Part shown: positions 58,322 through 64,000 of the stretch, in pieces | How the letters are laid out: the number at the start of each line of letters is the position of its first letter | Position numbering within the stretch: position 1 is the first letter of the stretch | Origin: Nymphaea colorata | Lineage: Eukaryota | Length of the DNA: 64,000 nucleotides | Assembly (NCBI RefSeq): GCF_008831285.2 | Contig: NC_045138.2 | Coordinates: 27,466,001 to 27,530,000 of the forward strand | Reading direction: 5' to 3' | Made by a program: the position numbers and the translations under genes | Notes under the pieces: model-generated | Database searches by the model: none | What the model was told of the DNA's origin: nothing | Seen by the model: only the letters and a program-made list of their open reading frames with translations

Positions 58322-58538
58322 GGGCGTTTTGATGGCATCCTCATCTAACTCAATCGGGTGAAAACTTAACTAAGTTTTATAAAAGAAAGTTGAAAACCTT
58401 ATTTCTCAAAGTGAAAAACCTTATTTCCCAAAGTTGTTCATGAAAAACCATATTTTCAGAACTCATTAAAAAAAAAAAGTTTTCATAAAATAAGTTTTCA
58501 CAAAAACGTTTTGATGAGGGTGTCATCCAAAAACCTCC
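58322..58538. mobile_element. Tourist-like MITE
   Basis: TTA-GGGCGTTTTGATG ... CATCCAAAAACCTCC-TTA: imperfect TIRs with TTA flanks. Confidence 0.5.
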
Positions 58539-59108
58539 TTACAAATTTTTGACGAGTGTTGAAGAGGGTCAAGTTCTTCACTTGCTTTGATAACACTCAA
58601 AAAAACTTAGTTTTGGATAAAACCAAGTTTTGTCTACGATTTTTGGGTGTCGTTCAAAAAATATTTCTGAATGTCGTTCAAATGCCCTTCAAGAGATTAA
58701 TGCTTTGGGGTAAAGTATAATAGAAAATGAGCAGCACCAAAATTTATCTGATTTGACGGAAGCAATACACGATATGAGATTTTGGAATAGGTGCAAACTT
58801 AAGAATATGAATTCATTAGAAGATCCTTTGAATGAACACTTCCGATTTAAACTGCACTAGAATCATAGGATCAAAAAGCTAGACTACTTGCAAACTCAAG
58901 ACCAGTTGAACCTAAGCACCAAAGCACAGCAAAAATCTCGTGAAAAAACAAAACACGGTTTCTACTTTCTAGTGGCGGATTTGAAGCGCTACTTGGAAAT
59001 CTTCAATCGCCTACTTAAAAAGAAGGAAGAAAGCTCCGATCTGATCTCAGATCAGTTGTCGGCCTGACTTTAGTTCGAAGAATTAAGGTCAAAGTTTTTG
59101 AAAGAATC

Positions 59109-59280
59109 CACGTGATATCCTTTTGGGCCCCTCCAAAACTTAATTTTCTCCTATGAGATGGATTCTGTGTAGACCTCCCCCTCTTTGCTGCGTGAAAGTG
59201 GGAAAGACGAAGTCACAGCAGCGGGAGTTCCATTGCGGCGACCTCTGCTGCTCGAAACCCTCTTCATCTCCCAGTCGCAG
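59109..59280 (+). promoter_or_regulatory. Putative Sen2 promoter and 5'-UTR exon
   Basis: CACGTG at 59109-59114 and site II TGGGCC at 59124-59129; GC-rich leader ending in CAG|GCAAGT followed by (CT)n. Confidence 0.5.
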
Positions 59281-59282
59281 GC

Positions 59283-59322
<40 letters not shown>

Positions 59323-60117
59323 CGCGTGCGTGTGTGCGTGCGCACAGCATAGGTTGGGTACACAATGTAACCGTTTGTTAAAATGCCCTCGTGAAAGTTC
59401 TCATGTAGTTCACAGAATGGAAGGAGCATCGAGAGATCGCTTTTTCACTAATTGGTGGCGTAGTTCTAATGCTCTGCCCTTTGTTCGTTGTCATAAAATT
59501 TTTTTGCAGTCTTTTCGTTATTGCTCATCGAAAAAGGCCTTTCACAGTTTCACTAACTAGGCAATGAATTTGGTGGGCAAAGCACCAAGACCAGAAGTAA
59601 CTTACTGAAGTACGCATTTCACATCAAAGTAGGCCTTGCAACAATTCGGTGATGAAGTTGGTGGGCAATCACCAAGACGACACTAGTTTCTATCAAACAA
59701 CAAACATCTCTCTCGAAGGTGTAACATTGTACCTTTTGATGCTTCATATTGGTGACTTCCGGGACCGATTTGTGCGTGGATATTAAGCAATCACTGGGAG
59801 GATCTCAAATATTTCATTTTGAGAAATTTGGGATCTATCCAGATTTTTCTCTCTTTACTATCTGTTTTTCCCACATAAGCAAACTCAGTACAGTCCTTCA
59901 CTTGATCGGCTTGATCTTTGCTTAGTTGTGTAACGGGATTAGCTGAAGATTGAACTCACTATGGAATCTATAAACGACACCTAGCTTATTCACCACATTT
60001 AGTAGCCTAGCTCGCTTTTGCGATGTTGATGTTTATTCCATATCTATTAGGATACTTCATGAAACTAGTCTGTGGCTTGTTACAATGTGAATTTGGGGTA
60101 AGTGCAGGTTGTTGACC

Positions 60118-60909
60118 ATGAGACCAAGATGGAAAGGCAAAGGTTCGGCACAACTTGCCCTTGCTGATCCCATGTCCAAAATTGTTTCAAAGTTGCAAAG
60201 CTGCTTGACGGAATCCAAAAGCTGTGCATCACTGAGCAATGAAGTTGTTCTTTGTGAAGCCGAACCAGAACAGGCAGAACTGCTGAACCGGGCATGCTTT
60301 GGCCGTCCAATGGCAACAGTTGCAAAAGGGAGGCAGTGGTTTCAGTTGGGACTAGAAGAGGCTTTCTATCTGAGTAATGCACTCAACTGTCTTACAGTTG
60401 TCGGAGAAGATGGAAGTCCTAAAGATCCTCAAAAACTTGCAAAATGTATGAAAGATAGGCAGAGCATGTTTCCAATGATGTACAAGGCATATTCACATCT
60501 CAGGATGAAGAACTGGGTCGTGCGCCCGGGCTCACAATATGGTGTTGACTTTGTTGTGTATCGTCACCACCCTGCTCTTGTTCATTCTGAGTATGCGGCT
60601 CTGGTGGTCTGGGATGGTGATGATGAATTCGGCAAAGCTAGGATGCGAGTGTGGTCTGACTGGCATTGTATGCTTAGACTTTGTGGCAGTGTTGCTAAGT
60701 CACTGTTGGTGCTTAGCATATCTGGTGTGAATAGTTCCAATGAGTTTCCTGCTTGTTTGGATGAGTGGACTATTGAAGAGTATACAATAGGGAGGTGGGA
60801 GGCCCAGCAGCATCGAGAGGATGAAGTTCCTCTTAAGGTTGAAAATAAATGTAGGACTTCCTCTTGTGATTCCAATGCTTTTCCTGATCAGATTAAACAA
60901 AACGAATGA
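60118..60909 (+). CDS. SEN2: tRNA-splicing endonuclease subunit Sen2, 263 aa, single coding exon
   Basis: MRPRWKGKG N-terminus; FQLGLEEAFYL; YSHLRMKNWVVRPGSQYGVDFVVYRHHPALVHSEY (catalytic Tyr and His); RLCGSVAK (catalytic Lys). Confidence 0.93.
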   Translation: MRPRWKGKGSAQLALADPMSKIVSKLQSCLTESKSCASLSNEVVLCEAEPEQAELLNRACFGRPMATVAKGRQWFQLGLEEAFYLSNALNCLTVVGEDGSPKDPQKLAKCMKDRQSMFPMMYKAYSHLRMKNWVVRPGSQYGVDFVVYRHHPALVHSEYAALVVWDGDDEFGKARMRVWSDWHCMLRLCGSVAKSLLVLSISGVNSSNEFPACLDEWTIEEYTIGRWEAQQHREDEVPLKVENKCRTSSCDSNAFPDQIKQNE

Positions 60910-60934
60910 GTTACAGAGAATGAACGATTAAACT

Positions 60935-60967
<33 letters not shown>

Positions 60968-62149
60968 GAGTGCTGCTAGATGATTTTCATTTTAGTGTTC
61001 TCCCACTTCATCAGTTATCGACATTGTAAACCTATGTCCAAAAGATCTCCAATCTTTTAAATTCATCTAATTGAAAAGCATACTGTGAAATTCATTTCAA
61101 ATTTGGTTATCAACAGTTTGTACTGCATTTTCATGTCTGATTATTTTGAAATATGCTGATATATCCAGAAAAGAAAGTTCTTTTCAGTGTCTTGGCGACA
61201 CTGTTAAGAAAATTTTGTGATTTTAGGTTAAATAAAATGCAATTCCCGTTTGTTCTCCAACTATGACAAATTGACAATTAAAAATACAATCAACTATACA
61301 AAATCATCCCTCTCTTCCTTCTGCAGTCAAACCACAGCCAGGTGTTCCTGCTACACAAATCTTTACCTGCTCGTCTTATTTATTCTTTAATTCTTAATAG
61401 CAGTGTTATTATGTGCAGATAAAATGTCCTTAGGGAAGATGGTTAGTTGATTCCACAATATGGTGGTCATTCCAGTTCAGCATAATATGTTTTGTTATCT
61501 CTAAGATATGTTCCATAACAATTTCATTCAATATATAGTCAGAAATATCATTTCGTAACTGCAGCTCTGGCCAAGTTTCAACCAAGCAACAGGACTGTCA
61601 TTGATTTTTTACACTCCATATGCTAGTCTTCTTTTCATCAATACTTGGGAAGAACGTACCTATTTCCCCCCACCCCTCTCCCAAAAAGAAAAAATCTTCA
61701 CTGTGCGGCTTCTATGTGAAGGCAAGGAAATGAAGTTCCTAATTTAATGGATTAAGAATCTTCACTGTGTTGGATCAAATGGAACTCTGCAGCTGCCTTA
61801 GTGGTTGCAGTAAAATCCAAGGCCCAAGCAGATGTCGGGGATTATCAAGTCAACTTACGGTTATATCTTCATAAATATAAACTAGATAAAAAAGATTCGT
61901 TTTTCTACAGAGGAATGTGTCTATATTCTTGTTGTTCCTCTATTCTTTTGGCTAAAATACCGAAGTTTCAAATCTTTTCCATTCAGATTAGACATGGTTG
62001 ATTTAAGGAAGTGGCTTGTCAATTTGCTTCTTTGTCACAGATGAATGTAGCAGCTGCAAGAACCCCCATGCTCAGTCAATTCTTGAGTTTGGTTGGCTTC
62101 ACTCAAGTTGATCCTATGAAGCTTGTTCAAGTTTTCACCATCGTGTGAG

Positions 62150-63415
62150 TTTTTAATGCTGTTTAGGCAAACTAAATCAAGCAGGAGTTAGCTCATTGTT
62201 AGCTCTATATAATGTGGTATAGGTTAGCTGCCAGCTCCTCCACCGGACCTCTCTCCACGACTTTAATCTGGGTTCTGTATCTTTTAATGTAAGAAAACCC
62301 ATTGCACAGGAGAGCTCTATCCTCTAGTCACCCACGCCGCCGGCGAACCCAATCTTCCTGTTAGCCACTAAGAGCACAGTGCAATCTGATCCAAGCTTAA
62401 CTGCAGCAAGAATAGAGTAAAGCATATCATTTTCAGGAAATATCAGCTCTACGTGAAGGTGGCTGATTCCTGATGTTAACTCTTCTCCAAGCCAGTTCCT
62501 GCAGCAACAGACAGGTATACTTAACTCCCCTGCAGTGAGACGCTATGTGAATGCAGATTTCACCCTCCTGAAGTTGAGGCCAATCTGCTGTAATAGTCCC
62601 CGTGGACATCTAAATATGCATCTCCAACTGTTGTGCTGTGTCGCTCCCCATTGATGCCAGGACAAGTTTTGGCTTTGGTTGCAACCTTCTCTTTTACCTG
62701 TTTCTATGAAGGCAATGGCCGGCTCCTGCTTAAGCACCATGGGTAACTGCTTATTACCAAATTCAAGTTTCAATATCTTCATGCTTGATGTGTTCATTAC
62801 AGTTCGGATCCAACTAAATGTTGGGCGCCTGTCCGTGGTTGAGATATTCATACTTATTATTATCCATGTGAGTAGGAGGTTAACAACCCACCGTCTAGAA
62901 AAGAGGCCCGAAGGCTTCCTCATTACCCCTCGAGACCTAGGTGGGATAAGGTGTACCCATCAACTAGATGTTACAACCTCACAGTTTACAGTCCAGGAGT
63001 ATAGTACTCATATGAGTCAAACCAACAACGTGAGTTGTATGCGACCGGTGCCCGACTAGCTATGCTAAGACCTTGAAGCGATATCCGTGCTCACTACCAT
63101 AAACAAACTGAAAGAAAAGGAAACCCCTAAGTAACCCTTTTGCTGGCTTGAGGCCAACCGAAACTCCTTCAGCCGTGTGTGAATTTTGCAGGAACATAAA
63201 TTGAACTCTCCTAACATATTGCAATGGGCCTGCAGAGCTCCAGTTTACTCCATTTTTCTCTGCTCAACTTGAAACATAAGGCACCTCAATGGTCCTTACT
63301 GCAATACACAGAAAGAATCCAAAGTGCTTCACCAAAAAATGCATGTCCCATAAGCCAGTGGCACCAGTTTATGCGCATGATTCTTTACCTGGGATGAGAT
63401 TATCTGCCAGCCCCT
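62150..63415 (-). mobile_element. Decayed LINE (L1-type) ORF2 C-terminal fragment
   Basis: Minus-strand YLGVS at about 63133-63119 (cf. YLG(L/V)P), GTGRIQL (cf. AGRL(T/Q)L) and PPRSRGVMRK (cf. PK..GGLG.R) in the expected order, with many stops and frameshifts. Boundaries are approximate. Confidence 0.55.
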
Positions 63416-63417
63416 GG

Positions 63418-63592
63418 CAGTGGCAGAGCCGCATATAGGCAGGTGTGGGCAGTTCCCACGCCAGCCCTATAAAATTTCTTCATTTTCATATTGTTACTTA
63501 AGTGATTTGCTTATTTGCATGTAGTGGTGCCCATAAAATTGCGAGAGCTTTTGAATTACTGTCCCTCGGCCCAAAATTCCTGGTTACACTTG
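63418..63592. mobile_element. hAT-like MITE (CAGTGGCAGAGCC family)
   Basis: cagtggcagagcc left end, gggcagttcccacgccagccc motif, and aaattcctgg near the right end. Confidence 0.55.
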
Positions 63593-64000
63593 CATAAGTT
63601 AAAAATAACCAGAGAAAATAATCATGCATTGATGATATAGTCATCTGTATATTTGTGGTAGAACTACCATGTGTCATTTTTTGTTCAATATCAGTGTATA
63701 ATCTTGAGTCTAGAAGATACAAAAGAGGAGTTTTCTCTGCTTCCGACTGAGTTCATATCTGGACTTCTTTTTGACTTGTACAGGATCAAAGGAGGAGGAG
63801 GAGGAGGGAGAAAGAGGTCCAGAATGGAAGTAGTAATTGGGCGGCTCTAGACATGGTCACTATGAAAAGGCATCATGCACCTTCGACTTTGGCGGCGTGT
63901 TAGAAATAATGAATGGACGGCTCAAAAGTATAGAGACCTGAAACAGACGAGATGCTTAAGACTCGTTGATACTGATTTGGAGAAAGTAGAGCCCTAGTCC

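Overview
Eukaryotic (flowering-plant) nuclear DNA: AT-rich, with spliced genes and many GA/CT microsatellites; the species cannot be determined from the window alone. Seven protein-coding genes are supported: (1) an NADP-GDH-like gene (GDH4 type, minus strand, 3' end outside the window); (2) an F-box/LRR gene (minus) head-to-head with (3) deoxyhypusine synthase (plus); (4) the DECD-box helicase UAP56/RH15-RH56 (plus); (5) an uncharacterised 157-aa protein with a predicted C-terminal anchor (plus); (6) a Dof zinc-finger transcription factor (minus) in a ~25-kb gene-poor region; (7) the tRNA-splicing endonuclease subunit Sen2 (plus). Mobile DNA includes a TRIM in DHS intron 3, a Copia remnant with a nested hAT-type MITE, a decayed LINE, and many Tourist-like and hAT-like MITEs. 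Most notable: the GDH-like protein has lost its catalytic lysine and other glutamate-binding residues but carries an N-terminal basic cluster plus a C2H2-like finger resembling hAT/TTF-type fingers, making it a candidate metabolite-sensing pseudoenzyme regulator. Also notable: the TRIM 5' end coincides with a DHS splice donor, and a putative Dof intron spanning the stop codon regenerates the same stop when spliced. All exon models were built by eye from GT/AG sites and reading-frame continuity; no database searches were run.
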